From the NCBI GenBank assembly GCA_028534125.1, contig CM052816.1:71178001-71242000 (forward strand): a stretch of DNA of 64,000 nucleotides, in the 5' to 3' direction. The DNA comes from Lama glama (Eukaryota). The position numbers and the translations under genes were made by a program. Below the pieces are notes generated by a model. The model was given only the letters and a program-made list of their open reading frames with translations, was not told where the DNA came from and ran no database searches. Each line of letters begins with the position of its first letter. Within the stretch, counting starts at the first letter, position 1. Of this stretch, positions 39,690-53,429 are shown piece by piece.

Positions 39690-40420
39690 GGATCTTGAAA
39701 TATGCATGGGCTATTGATGGGCAGAGAGAAAAACACATGCAGAATCATCTTGGAAGATAAGCATTCAGGAAGGGAGTGTTGCAGAATATATATACAAGAA
39801 AATTAGGCTAAAAACCAACTTGTGCAATTTCACAGAATGTCTTAAATGTTCTATTAAGGAATATACACTTTATTCTTAGGGAAAAAATAATCATTTTCTT
39901 TTGAACATTGATTGAAGACACTTAAGCCACATTAGACACCACATCTGTAAGAAAGACATGGGAAGATTATTTGCTAAGATAATAGTGGCAGTAATTGAAA
40001 TAAGGAGATTGATTCAACAGAAGAATCTTTAGGTAAAGATTAAGTAATGTTATATATAGGAAAGTACTATATAAATTCTAAAAAAAATTATATACATTCT
40101 GATTTTCATCATTATCACCACCATCACTACCACAAACACCACATGACATTGGAAGGGCTGGTAACAGAGACAGAGAAAAACTTTGAAGTGCTGAGCTAAG
40201 TAACCTCTGTCCTGGGAGAAAAGTGATGTTAGGAATGAAGAAGAAAATAGTCATTGGGAGAGAGTCAAGTTTGATAAGGAAGATAATAAGATTCCATTAT
40301 GGAAATTTTGATTTGGAAATGTAGGTAAGGTTTCCGACAGAGATGTCCAAAATGTTGAAAAGTGGAAATGTAGCTCAAAGAGGGGTGAAGGGAATATTTA
40401 CAGACGGAAATTAAAAATGA
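39690..40420 (-). mobile_element. L2 fragment
   Basis: Purine-rich antisense L2 pattern, e.g. AAGTTTGATAAGGAAGATAATAAGATTCCATTATGGAAATTTTGATTTGGAAATG. Confidence 0.55.
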
Positions 40421-40724
40421 CATTCATTCCGGTATTCCCGGTCATGGGAATAGCTAAATTGGTTATTTGGTATGGTTTGGCCAACACAAACGTTTGCCAG
40501 CATATTTCACTATATTTTGAAAATTTGGACGTCACATTGAGTCAGTATAGTTCTTGTTTCAGCAACAATCTTCTCATCAAGGACTTATTTTTCCTGCTGC
40601 TGCTGTCATTTCAGTTCTTTTTAGTTCACCTCCCCTTTCCTAAGTTATGTTTTATTGCCTCTCCTCTTTTGTGTGTCTGTGCGCCTACCATAGCCAAAGG
40701 TCTTCAGAGGAACAGTGAAATGAG

Positions 40725-40900
40725 GAAATATTTATCAAGTGTTCCAGGATCATAAGCACTTTATATGTGTTATCTGATTTAAAATATTATGGGGAAAATT
40801 GTTGTTCTCAGTTTGTAGGAGTTGAAACTGGTCCTTAGCAAAATTTAAGACCCTTCCCGAAGTTACATTGTGTATGAACACAGGTCTGTGTCATTCTAAC
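40725..40900 (-). mobile_element. MIR fragment
   Basis: TAAGCACTTTATATGTGTTATCTGATTTAA..TTTGTAGGAGTTGAAACTG. Confidence 0.55.
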
Positions 40901-42739
40901 GTTTTGATTTTGCTTTTTTGTTATTTCTTTATCACATTGTCTCCTGCACAGATATTTCTCTACATAGATGCCTCTCTGCTATTATTTCTACTATCTCAGC
41001 TTTCCACTCTCATTCGTAATAATTATTCTCAGTCTTTCACTTCCATTTTTCTCCTTCCTTGAGCTCTTATTCTATGTCTACTTCTCTCATTGGCAGTCTC
41101 CCTCATTCTGCAGCTTTGCCTTTTATTATCCTGCTGTACTAAAACACTATCAAGTTATATTAACTCACTAATTTTTAAAACATCTTTACCTTCAAAATTG
41201 ACAACGACACTGTAAGTAGTCTCAAATTCACCCTCCTTGCACCAATACTGCAAAGACATAGCTGAAATCTCTTGCTTACGTTACAAGGGGCCGTGCCGTG
41301 TCAGCTGAATGGAGAGTATAATTTCATAGTATGCCGTTTGTCCAGGGAAATGTTGCTGCTCATATGAATACATCTTAAATTGCATTGTTATTCTTCTTAT
41401 CCACATACTTGTAGTATGTGGTCCACAAAATAGTTTAAAGATGAAAATGTTATAAGGATTAGAGCTGCTTCAAGCAGTCAGGTACATTTTTAAAAATACA
41501 GTGGGGGTTTTTTTTTCTCTTTTAGAATCAAGTATCTACTACAGATCCAATGTGAAAGTTGAATTTGATCAAGATGGGGTATCCCACAGATACCTACTTG
41601 ACATTTAGAAAAACAGAATCTCCTCCAGTCGCCCCCTACACAGTGCATAGGACTGACCCCAGGACAAGGGGAGCGCAGCCAAGTGTTGAAGCAGTTCACG
41701 TCTAGCTCTCTGGAGGATGACTGAAATTATTTCATGTCTAGGAGCTTCTCTTGAAACAAATGTGGGAAGGTTTTGTAGACAAACTGGGGTTTTAATTTTA
41801 AAGTCTGTCATTGTAAAGGAACCATATTTACGTATACTATAAGGCCTGCGGGAGTGGTATTGATGCTCCAGTAGGTGGCAATCTTCACTCAGAATATATG
41901 TCAAACGAGGGTCCCAAGTCAGGTCTGGGATGTGCAGCTTCCCTAAATTAACACCAAGGATAGTGTGTCTAAAAGTGCAAAATTTCAACAAAAGAACACA
42001 CTTCTCCTTACATGTTAGAATACATTCTACCCTCTTAGAAGACTAAATTTTAGAGACTCCACCTTGCTTCATCAAAGTAAATTAGGAATTCTTTGGCCTT
42101 TAAATTACTTTTGCTTGTCATTAGTAATATAAGGATAGCTATATTCACATAGCATCTCTACCACCCTTCTCAAATAACACTTGACTATTTAGTAGAAACT
42201 GCTCTTTGCCAAAGATCTATTTGTGACACTTTCCATAGAGTAAATGAGAGCCTTTAAAATGTCATTAACCTTGCAATATTTTTAAGGCAGAGACTTTAAA
42301 TGATTTTGTGGACGACATCTGACTCTCCACCAAATCCATGCCACCCATTAAAGAATTGAGATTTTAAGGTCTTGAAAAGGCTTGTACAAAATAGCAGAAG
42401 TATTTCTCAGTAGGAAGTTTGAAAACATAGATTTTATGAGGAAAGATAAAGCAATCATCAAACCTTATCTTGGAGAGAAAGCTTACAGGAATATTTTGCT
42501 GTGTTGTAATATTACATTTTTATTGTAAAATGTCCTGGTGATGTGTAATACAGTTATCACTGCTGTCATTTGGGGATTGTAATGCTGTTCTTCCTAGCAG
42601 TCACAGGATAAGCTAGCTTCAATTTTCAGTCTTCTTATCATTTTTTAATCTTACTTAATTTTTAAAATAAATACATTATTTCAAATAATTCTTTTGAATT
42701 TGGCACTTAGTCTCATAAATACTGACTAATATGGTAACA

Positions 42740-43093
42740 TTACTACAATGCAGTAATATGTAGCTCTTCTTAACTTCTGTGTCGAAGAGGGAATTGTGCT
42801 TCCCTGTTTCCTTGATGTTTATGTGGGTGCAACTCACTTTAACACAGAAATGTGTGTGGAAGTGACATATGTCACTTCTGAGCAGAAACACAGAATCACT
42901 AAAGTGAGGGTTTCCAGACTGTGGCTTCTCTGTCAGCCTCAACCATTTAGTGAAATCAAAGCAGAAGAAGGTCCCTAGTTTACCACAGCAGATCCATAAT
43001 GTGATCAAGGAATAGACCTTTATTGTCACAGGCTGCTGAAATTTGGGATTTGTTTGAGAGCTTGGCAAAACTTAACTTATCCTGACTAATACC
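42740..43093 (+). mobile_element. MLT1I/J-like MaLR LTR
   Basis: GAAATGTG.GTGGAAGTGACATATGTCACTTCTGAGCAGAA; ends CTGAAATTTGGGATTTGTTTG..TATCCTGACTAATAC. Confidence 0.8.
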
Positions 43094-44059
43094 ATAAAAA
43101 GGAATTCAATTTAGTAGTGTGGAATAGATGATAAGTTACGGTAAATCATATATTCTGTTTAATTCTCCCCTTCTAGGACAGAGAAAAAAATACAATGCAC
43201 ATATAGATAAAATATATTGCGTGAAAATACACTTGGGCACTAAAATCATTTCAAATTGTCAAAATGTTTTCCTAATTTGGAGGAGATAATTGTTCCTCCA
43301 TTCTCCCTCCCATGTGGGCAAAAGCTGAACCCTCTGTAATCAAGCAACAGTCTTATTTTCTCAGCAGGTTCGAGAATCTTCTAGAAGATGGTATTCCAGA
43401 TCAATATCAGAAAATCAGAGGGTTAGCTGAACATAGATATTTAAATCTCAGGACTAAGTTAGATAAGAGATGGTTATAGTTAGGACATAGCTAATACAAG
43501 GGCTTGTTACCTATTTACTAAGATACACCTCTACTGCAGGACTTTTCAAATACTTCAGAATTCATTGTGGGTTTCCAAAAACGGAATATAGCACTATGGG
43601 CAAGGTCAAGGGCCTAATAATTTCTATGAAATATTATCTCACTCTGACTTGTGTTTAAACAAAAAATGATATTTTCCATAAAAATGCTAATGTACTTAAC
43701 CATTACAGAGAAAATTTCCTTCATAATCATTTCCTTTTAGAAGCATGCTTCTGAAGGAATCCCAGAAAAGTTTATAAATGATTTTCTTGGTTTTATTTTT
43801 AATACATTCATGGTTGTCCCTAAATAGCATACTCTCACTCATTCTGATATGTTACTGCTTGGGAGAAGGGAGAAGTTTAGTTTAGTTCCTTGGATATTGT
43901 ACAGCATCCTGGGTTATACCCTTGGTGTGTGTGTGTGTTGAGTACGTAAATTCCATCCTCCGTTAATCAGGACATTAATCAGAGTTTGCATGCTGCCTTG
44001 CTGGAGCACAGCCTCACTCCTGATTTCTATATTTGGTTAATATTTCATGGTCTAATTTA

Positions 44060-44720
44060 CTCATTTACTCAACAATTGTTTATTGCATACCCGACGTAGG
44101 CCAGACCCTATGTTTAAGTACCAGAGATACAACTTTAAAGGATGTGTGATCCTTATTCTGAAAAATGTCATTCTTTATCAGAGAGTACAAGTGACTTCAG
44201 TATACTATAAATGTGAAAAATAAGATATCTTTAAATGCTTTGGATACCAAGACAATAAAACTATTCATGGGATTTTAGAGAATGATCAGAAGCACAAAAC
44301 TTGCAAGGTTTATGTGATATTTGGAGGACTACGTGTGATCTGCTGTGGTTCAAAATGGCCCAGGGAGATCTGGGATATAAGACTTACCTAAGACTATTTC
44401 TTGATATAAAATAAATACAGCTTTATTACTTTGCTTAAAAAGAAACACTTTGGGTAATTAAAGATAGAAAATAACTGAAGATATTTGAAACTCACCAAGT
44501 AAGACGTGCTGTGAAAACCACAAATGGTCCAGATAAAAGGTAGATTGGAATAGGAAGGTAGAGAGAAGGGGCCATAGTGGAGGTAAGATAGAGAAATAAA
44601 CATTTATTGATCACATAGACTTTTTAGACACTTTGGTCATATTTTACGCATATTATCACATTTCCTATTTATGATCAACCAGTCAAGTAGGCATTATAAT
44701 TCGTATTTCATGGACATGCT
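44060..44720 (-). mobile_element. L2 3' fragment followed by a MIR fragment
   Basis: CTCATTTACTCAACAA..TTTATTG..GCCAGAC..AAGTACCAGAGATACA (L2); AACATTTATTGA..TTATCACATTT..CAACCAG..AGTAGGCATTAT (MIR). Confidence 0.55.
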
Positions 44721-45329
44721 CAAAAGGGCTCTTGGCAAAAAAATGAAAAACAATCATTTTTCTTAAATTATGAACACAAGCCCATTTTCAGAAAATAAAT
44801 TTTGTTACTGTTAAATAATCTGTTGTTTTTACTTATAATGCACAGTTATAATTTGGTTTTAGAAGTTTTGCATTTCTTGTAAACTTGCTGTGACTAGGGT
44901 ATTGGATTATTTCAATGAAAAGAAGTTAGCACTAGATATTTCCTTGAAAATAAAAATTTTTATAGAAATGGTAAATACATGTATATATATATATATATGT
45001 ATCCTATGTATTTTTACCACATATTTATCCATATATATGTATCTTATACATTTTTTTTTACTTAAACATGTTTGAGGAAATATTTGTGGCCTTAAATTAA
45101 CCTGAACAGACTTTGAAGAGCAGAAATAGAGGTTACTTTCTTCAATGTACTCCTTAAACTGAGAGTGAATATTTCCCTGAAAACAACTCACTCCTATTGT
45201 TTCTCCATCCTATTTCTTTTTTCTGGCTAATATGTCTTGCTATCACAGTTAATATGGCAGTAAAAACTCCTGTTAAATATCTGATATTATTTAATGTAAC
45301 ATAAAAACAGTTCCCTAATAAATATCCAT

Positions 45330-45335
<6 letters not shown>

Positions 45336-45360
<25 letters not shown>

Positions 45361-45361
45361 G
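45336..45361 (+). repeat. (CT)n microsatellite
   Basis: Directly visible. Confidence 0.95.
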
Positions 45362-47009
45362 TCCAGCAGCAACACAGATGTTTATCAGAAAGCCTCCTAC
45401 TGCTTTTAAACCTTAAGATTGGGCAGCATGATAACTCCTCCCATTTTCTGCTAGTTTTCTTAGTCTTACTTTTTGCCATTCTCAGTCACTGTCCCTAATT
45501 TCAGCCTAAAGCACTAAAACCACATATAGGCAACACATTCCCCGTATTCACTCAAACTTTGACCATGGTTTCAGTCCACCGTTCTTGCATTGACATTTCT
45601 TACTTACTTTCAGTTAATTCCCACAACCTGTACACACTGACCAAAATCTCATACTATGCACAAACGTAAAGCACTGTGGCTGGCTAACAGAATAGCCTAC
45701 AGAAGAGGTAGTACTGAGTGATAGTTAAGGCTAGCCACTGCCTCCATCACCAAATGTGGCTTTACAGCAGAGGGGTGGCCAGCTACCGAGCGTGCAGTGG
45801 CAGTAGCAGCCTCTAAGCTTAGTTGTCATAATCCGCACATCACCAAAGTATCCCAGCTAAGCTGGGAAGACAGAGCTATTTCTCAAGTGTTCTCCCACTG
45901 GTGATGAACATCTCGAACAGTCAGTAAGGGATTCCATGTCAGGGACAGGCACGAATGACCAGTGTTTAAGGATCTTTTTGAGATGTCTGGCAAGTTTTGC
46001 CAGTACTGGTATCTGTTTTTACATGGTGGTACATGGGTGTTTGTGGCACCCAGTCAGTCACAGGAGAATGAATGATGTCAGGCCATTTTGTGTGTAGGCA
46101 TCTGAAAGGGGAACCAATCAAATCCAGACATTAAAATCACACATTACAAGTACAAATCAGAAACCTGACATTTAAGCCATTCCCTCTGATTTATGCTTCC
46201 TCAGCAAATTTGGCACTGATAATTACAGCACAAACTCTCTCCCCTCAAAATATGAGACAAACTGCAACCAAAACACCATTTTATAATGGATTACACTCAT
46301 CACAGCTATGTATTTAAATATTTTATTGCTAATAAATGCAAATTTGAACCCTTCATTCAAGACAATTTAAAATCAACCCAAGGATACTAATGAACATAGC
46401 CCTTGAAGAAAGGCACAGGCCCTAAAGCAGACTGTGATATTGTTCCGGGATATCTCGATTTGAGAGGCCATGAGTGTCTCTGCATTGTTCCAAGTCTGCC
46501 AAACAAAAGAACTAACTCCTGGTGGAAAATAAATGCACAAGCTGGTTTATTTTTATAAAAAGAATAATATCGACAAACTAAAAATCACTGATCTTAGAAC
46601 ATTTAATCATCATTAAAATCTAATATAAATATAAATTAGCAATACCATGAGGTTGAGAATTTCCAACCATCAACATACAGCAATAGCAAATTGAATTTTT
46701 ACTTATATTTAAGAGTCAAACTTCAGCTAGTTTCAGTATGGTTTTTAGAATGGGTATGTCTACAATCCCACTATCATAACCTGCTTTATTAACCTTATGT
46801 ACTATAAGAGTATATAGGGTAAGGTGTGATTTTACTTTAATAGGCAGTTATCAGCATTATTCAACAAATATAAACTGAGTGATTATTATGTATCAGTCTC
46901 AATGAGACCTGAATTGAAATATACCAACCCCCTTATTGGAGGAAGATTTTTCTTCACAAAGAATTATAGTTTGGGTAGACATGAAATAAGTTTAATTAGC
47001 ATATATCTA

Positions 47010-47298
47010 AATTGCAGACTGGCAGCCCATGGGCTATAATGAGGACTACAGACTTTTGGGAGGTTCATAAACTTTTTAAATATTTGAGTTGGAATTTGTA
47101 AATTGACAAATCTCACATAATAATCTGGCTTTCCAGCATCTTCTGGAATATTCAAAGATGATAACAAATACATGAAGCTGAATAGCGGGCCACATACAAC
47201 AACTTTTTAACAGTTCTCACACCTTCCAATACTCAGCCAATTGTACACATTTATGTCACAGGCCTGGCCCCCTGAGATACCTGAGTTTTAGATCCTTG
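47010..47298 (+). mobile_element. MER102-like hAT-Charlie DNA transposon
   Basis: ATCTCACATAA..TGGCTTTCCAGCATCTTCTGGAA, GCTGAATAGCGG and CACATTTATGTCAC..GCCTGGCCCC.TG..TGAGTTT. Confidence 0.7.
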
Positions 47299-50200
47299 TC
47301 TTAGATTCCTCCACAAAAGATGGAATGACTCTGGATGTGTCTTCCTCTCAGCCATCTATCTTGAGTAACTTTTTCTGTCTCTTCTCCTATCCTAATTCTT
47401 GTTCAGATATCCCCAGGTCTGAAGAAATAGTCTGTTAACAATAAAATCAAAAGTCTTAGCACATCTTATTTTATAATTAAGATGAATTAAAGATGTTATC
47501 TATAAGTTAATTGCATATACATTAGAAACAAAATCTAAATTTAGATAATTTTAAAGTTCCAGGAACCAAAATTGCTTTCTTGATCTACCATTTATTGTTA
47601 ATGATTTTATCTGCATAATTCTTTTGGTATAAAGATACAGAATTAGTTAGGCAGTGTCCCTGGATCGGGTTAAATTGTTTGGTATATTATCTAAAAATTA
47701 ATTACTGCTATCTTTTCTTCCTGTGGCAAGGGTTGATTCCAGGAACATAGGCTGACACTTATATCTGACAATGTCAAGGACAGTGGAAGGTGCTATTTCC
47801 TCTGAAATGCTCATTTGCAGCATCATTTTTTACCTAAACCACTACAGATAAAACTTCATTTCTAGGCTTTACCACATGCATGGTGTTTTGTCATGCTAAA
47901 AGTTAAGTGCATAATAGGTTGTTAGAATGATCAACAGTAGATTGAGTCAGCAAGAAAGACTCAAAAGTGGATGATGTCCTGGGCACACAGTTAGCAAGGA
48001 AACATTTAGAAACACAGCAATCCATAAGCAGACAAGTCTGGCCAGATGGGTAGGTGGAGCCAGACATAAGCAGGGTAACTAGATACATAGATACAGGTTT
48101 ATGTAATCAATAACAGAGAAAACAAAGGCAAAAAACAGTAACCTATGACCAAAAAAAAAAAAAAAGCCAGAATATTAGAACAAGCAAGTAGAATGATGTG
48201 CACCTGTGACAACAAAGAAAGGTGAGAGTAGCAGTTGAAGGGACAGTTAAAAGCATGGAGTCCACGCTGATCATCCTTGTATGAAAAGCAAGGAACAAGC
48301 CAAATGAGATATCCAAAAGGCAGTATTGACCCCAGGTGTTCAGGTCACAGATGACACAATACAGATATTTGCAAAAGGTAGGGGTGGCTCTAAGGAAGCT
48401 GTATAAACAACAGGGATTGTTGGACCATAACACATTCTGGTGTGCACTTTATTCACTCTAACTAAACAGGAAAGCCACCAACTGCCACATTCATTGAAGT
48501 TCCTCTCCTGGATTTTTCAGGCCACCCCAATGGATTTACTCCCTCCAGAGCTCAGACAACCACTTCCATCTAAGGTTCATGGTTGGTCTTCCAGGTACCA
48601 GAGCAAGGTTAGCAAAGATTCTTCATCTTATCAGAAGGTAGGCTAGCAATGGACACACTGAGTTCTAAGTTGACAAAGCTTTTATTATCAATCACTGATG
48701 TCTACCACAGGTGTTCGACTGTATCTGAGACACAAGTGCCTGCTATCCCAACACTAAAAGATATTTTCTTCCCATTTGGAAGCAGTGACTCCAGTCACTG
48801 GAAAGTGAAATTTCAATTTTTTAGAAGTGTGAACGGCAGAAACAACTTTTGAACCTCCTTCATTGTTCTTGCAGGGTAGAGCTGTTTATCTCATCTTCCC
48901 TAGGAGCCTAGGGGTGGGTTTTACTGGCTGAGAAAGTCTGAGTGAACCCTTGGGTGGGGAGTAGAACATAAAGAGGGAAGGCCTAGGCCCAGAACCTTCC
49001 CCCCTACTTCAGGCTCACCTGTTGCTGAAAGTACAAGAGGAAACATTGAATCTGTCAACACAGGTCTCCAGTTTTTAAGATTTTACCAGTTGTATGTAGT
49101 TCTTTTTTGATAGAGTGTAACCTTTTATCAGGAAAAATACTTACAGGAAAAACCTTTAAATTTAACATAAAACCTAATTCTTTTGCACCTATTGAAGCTT
49201 GGAAAGCTGGATCCTTATTAGAGTGCATTTCCACAAAGAGATAAACATTTTAAAAAATAAGCATGAATGGAATCCAGGATAAAATGCATCCATTTGTGCA
49301 GGAAAATAGCTTTTACTGAAGAAAATGGCACAAATTCATCATATGGAGAAAAATGTCATTTCAAAGCCTATTTCCAAGATCAAAATGTAGAACTTTTCAT
49401 ACAATATATTAGCTTTTTAGCTACTCTAAATCTACAACTTTTTCAAGCCAAAGGGTTTTTTCAGGCTTGTTGAAACTATCAGCAATTAACTACCCCTATT
49501 AATAGAGAAATTGTCAAAGTTTAAAACTGCCAATGTAGGAATAGCACATAAAAGGGGCTTCACACATTTCTGCATAAAAGACACACTACATCAAGCAACA
49601 GTTTCATCAAAGTATTTCAATTCATCTTCATATATAACCGAATACTAAATGCAAATTACTAACTTCTCGAAATAAACTCACATGTCAGGACTGCTAGTTT
49701 TTGTGTCCCTCAGGTTAAACGCAATCCCACATGCCGCGACACACAGCTAATAAAAGGGCATCTGTCACAGGGGACTCAGTACTAAAATCAACAATTTGCA
49801 TAGTGAACAAGGTTTGTATTGTGGCGACTCATGTTGCCTTGTACCGAACAATGGGATGAACACTCCCTTATGGCCTCTACTAAGTACTAGACATGTGGCC
49901 TTAGAAAAAGAAATCCCCTCTCAGCTCACTTTTTCCCAGTGGTGCTTTGTTAGTTCACAGCAAGGGTTTGACTTCGTGCCCTGGTCTCTGTCTGAGAGGA
50001 AGTCCAGTTCAATTCAATTTGCATCTCTCTGCCTTTTAGTAATGAAACAGCATCCATTTGAGCAGGCCCCAGGATAATGCAGAGCAGATGGGCAGAGTTT
50101 TGTCTAATTAGATTCTGGGCGGCCTGTTTGCTGGAGTAAATGTGCATGTATTTGCTTATTTCACACTTATTTCGGTGACAACAGCTTAGTCAAGACAAGA

Positions 50201-51729
50201 TAGAAATGAATATGGTAGGTAGGCTCACTGACGAGCTACTTAATACAAATGAAAATTTTAAATTCAGTTACTATTTACTATCACCTCTTTAATGAGTTGC
50301 TTGCAGGCTCTTTGATCTGGAAAGAATACAAAATTTCCTTTATAAAAATTATTTTACTTTGTAAATTTTTCTCCCTTCCTTTTTTTCCCTCTACCTCGGT
50401 TCGTTTCTTTCCTTCTTTCTTTTTCTGTCCAAAGATTATTGGTAAGGTATCAGGGTCTGTAATACAGGGTCTGTAAAAATCCAATGACTTAACTGATTTA
50501 AAAAATTCAATACCAAGAGAGCCATCCTATTCTTCATACACTTGGACTTCTCAAAAGACATATGAAGCTGTTTTAAAACGTACCACAGACTTGTGCTTGA
50601 TATAACCACCAAAATGATGCTTATCATCATTCTCATCATCATCGCTCGAAGTCCTTTCCTCTGGGTGTAACTATGCAATATCCTCTCCTGTGAGAGAATC
50701 ACCAAAGAGGGCACACTCAGGCTGTGACAGTTTCAGTGGTTAGTTTCAGAAACAGGATCCTCAGACTCCCAGTCTTGACCTTTTCCCACTAACTTTGCAG
50801 CTTCTTTATTTTTCCTAAACTCTTCATACATAAATGCACACACAAAGTCTAACCTGAGAGAAATGGTGAAATAGAAAAAAGCTTATATTTGGGAGGACAC
50901 AGTTTTATTCTTACTCCAGTGATCTTTCCTGGACTCCTCGTCCCCTTATGTACCCACCTTCTCTCTCCACCTTCTCAATCAAGTACCTCATAATGTAAAC
51001 TTAAGTCAGCGTCTTGCAGAGCCAGTATCCTTGTATTACGTAGCAAAAGTCTGTCATGTAAAATAATTTCATGCTTTCAATAAAAACAGTTATGTATAAA
51101 GACTTTAAAAAGGGAGAGGGAAAAAAATCTTCTGGATGAAATCTCACCACATAGATAGTGGACTACTTGATGTGCTTACAAAGAAATGACTGCGTAATAT
51201 TCAGAAGTACACGTTGTAAAAGCCAGATGTTTCATTTGGGTTATGGCTGTTGGATCCTAGGAGAAGCTCTATTTCCCGACTATGTGGGGCCAGTAATACA
51301 AGTCTCATTCTTTGGAGTTGGCTTATCTGTAAATATTGTTAGGCCCCCCTGAGCAGACATCATTCACCAGGTACTGAATTTAAAACGGTCAACTCACCTC
51401 CCTTCCTCGTGGGCCATTTCAACAGAGAACAGTAAATAACCAGCTCAGTTGCGATGACAACAGTAAAAAAAAAAAAAAAGCACAGGCCGTAGTACAAAAA
51501 TATGCGAGGCTGGCTTGGGAATCCAAATAGTCCTTATTTAAACTAAAAGATGAAAAGGTCTAAACAATTAAATTGCACTGATAACCCTGGTGAGAAGAAA
51601 ATGAATCATATTCTCACCAGGGGTGCAAGGGAAGGTGTAGGCTAATCACCGTTTTCCCATCAAGGTGAAGAAGAAGAGAGGCCAGGTCTCTGAATTTTTT
51701 TCCCAGGGTGTATTTCAGCCGACACCGAT

Positions 51730-53425
51730 GGGAATTTACCATCTACCCCTCCTCCTCCGGAGACCTGCTTCCCTTCCAGTCTTCCGTATCTCAGTAAACG
51801 ACACATCCATTTTATGTCACACAAACCAGAAACCTCGCGGCCTTCCCTGATAGCTCCCACTGCCTCTCACTTTCTCCCTCTATCACATCACTTGTTTCTG
51901 CTAACAGCCTTCTAAACAGCTCTGAATCGCTTCCTCTTTCTCCGCATCCTCCATCAGCCCCAGAGGAGGTCTTCCCTGTCTCTCATCCGGAAGACACCAA
52001 ATATCCTAGCCAGCCCCTCACCCCTGCGCTCTCAAATCCCACCACAAAATTAATCTTCTGAGAATGTAAATATAATCTTCCGTGGGTTTTTTTTCTGCTT
52101 TACAAACTTCACTGGTTCTCCATTATCAGTGGGTTGCAAGCTGAAGTCTAACCAACGTCACCGTCTTCCAGCACCTTCTCCCTTTCCGTACCTGAGGAAG
52201 CAGCCTCACCGAATCTCTCATCCAGCTCAGAACGCTCCCCAGTCTCGGTGTCCCTCTGGCTGCAAACACCACTCTTTGACCTTTAGAGTTCTTTTCTGAT
52301 GTTCTGGCCTGGGAGCTCCTATTTGTGACACCTCAAAAAGACCCTTCTCTGTCACAACTTCTCTGCCTCATCCTCCACCAGCTTTTCCTTGTGCCCAGCT
52401 TTGTGCCTGTGACATTTTATGGTAATTGTTTGTAAGAACAGAGAATCTCCCGGAGATTCTGAGCACCTGAACAGTGGAGAACATATCATTTCTCCACTGC
52501 AGTCTCGATGCCTAACTGCAGGGAATATAGAAGGAAATTGACAACTGTTCATTGAATTGATGACTGTGTGCCCTCACTGTCTCCTTTCTAAATGTTTCTT
52601 TCTATGTTAATGTCGCTACCATTTACTAGTCACCAGGCAGAGAGCTGTGCAGGTGCCTTGTGGGTAAACATTTCCTCCAGCCCTGACTCCCATATTTATT
52701 CTAGCCTCTAGGTCCTTTAAAATTTTAACTAAATTCCTAGCTCTGATTAAGGCTAAACTTTTTCACTGTTGCTGAGTCACTTTGTTTTCCTGTATAGAAT
52801 ACAAGACTTTGTGAAAATGATTTGCAACATCTCAGAAGAGATCATAATTGCTGCTTAATGATGTGTCTAAAGTAAAATATAAAATTCATCTGCTTTTATT
52901 TTTAAGATACAGATTTCATTTTACCGAGTACATGATAGAAAACAGGAGACAATTTCTTCTGGTAAGAAGGCAATTCTTGATTCGAAGGAACTGTCTCTCA
53001 GTGTCACCTGCCTCTCAGCCCACACCATCACTCTCTTTCCACATCACCTCAACTACCAGATACACTGTTTTCTTATCTTTCAGGGAAATTGATATGCATT
53101 GTGGGCAGCTGAATGTGCCCCTTCTAGCTTTTTTTCCTTCCAAGTTAGATAAAATAATTCTACTGCCAAATTAATTTGACTCCTTAATACCAAGAAATAA
53201 ATGCCAGACTCCTTAGCCTACCTTTTGAAGCCCTCCCTGATCTTTCCTTCATTCGTTTCAGCATCACCTCTCACTATGATATATAAATATAAACTGATAC
53301 ACATCTCCATCCTATAACTACTCTCCGCAAGACCATTTACCCTCCTCCAAACAGTTCTTGCTCCTTCTTACTTTTTCTCTTCTTTGTTCAAACCACCCCC
53401 TCACTTTATCCAGAGTGCCTCTTGC
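51730..53425 (+). mobile_element. L2 fragments (two 3' portions)
   Basis: Pyrimidine-rich L2 motifs TTCCGTATCTCAGTAAA.GACAC, CAGAAACCT and CTTCACTGGTTCTCCATT; 3' end TTGAATTGATGA near 52560. Confidence 0.7.
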
Positions 53426-53429
53426 TTCC

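Noticed and set aside
42859..42878. Perfect 20-bp palindrome GAAGTGACATATGTCACTTC
   Set aside because: Corresponds to the near-palindrome already present in MLT1 consensus sequences
41605..43068. 128-aa and 130-aa minus-strand ORFs
   Set aside because: Non-ATG starts and no recognisable homology; the second is antisense MLT1
45840..46110. Minus-strand acceptor (TTCCCCTTTCAG) and peptide PVLAKLAR suggesting an exon or hAT dimerisation domain
   Set aside because: All frames from the acceptor stop soon, the downstream hAT S..ER.FS motif is missing and no matching donor was found
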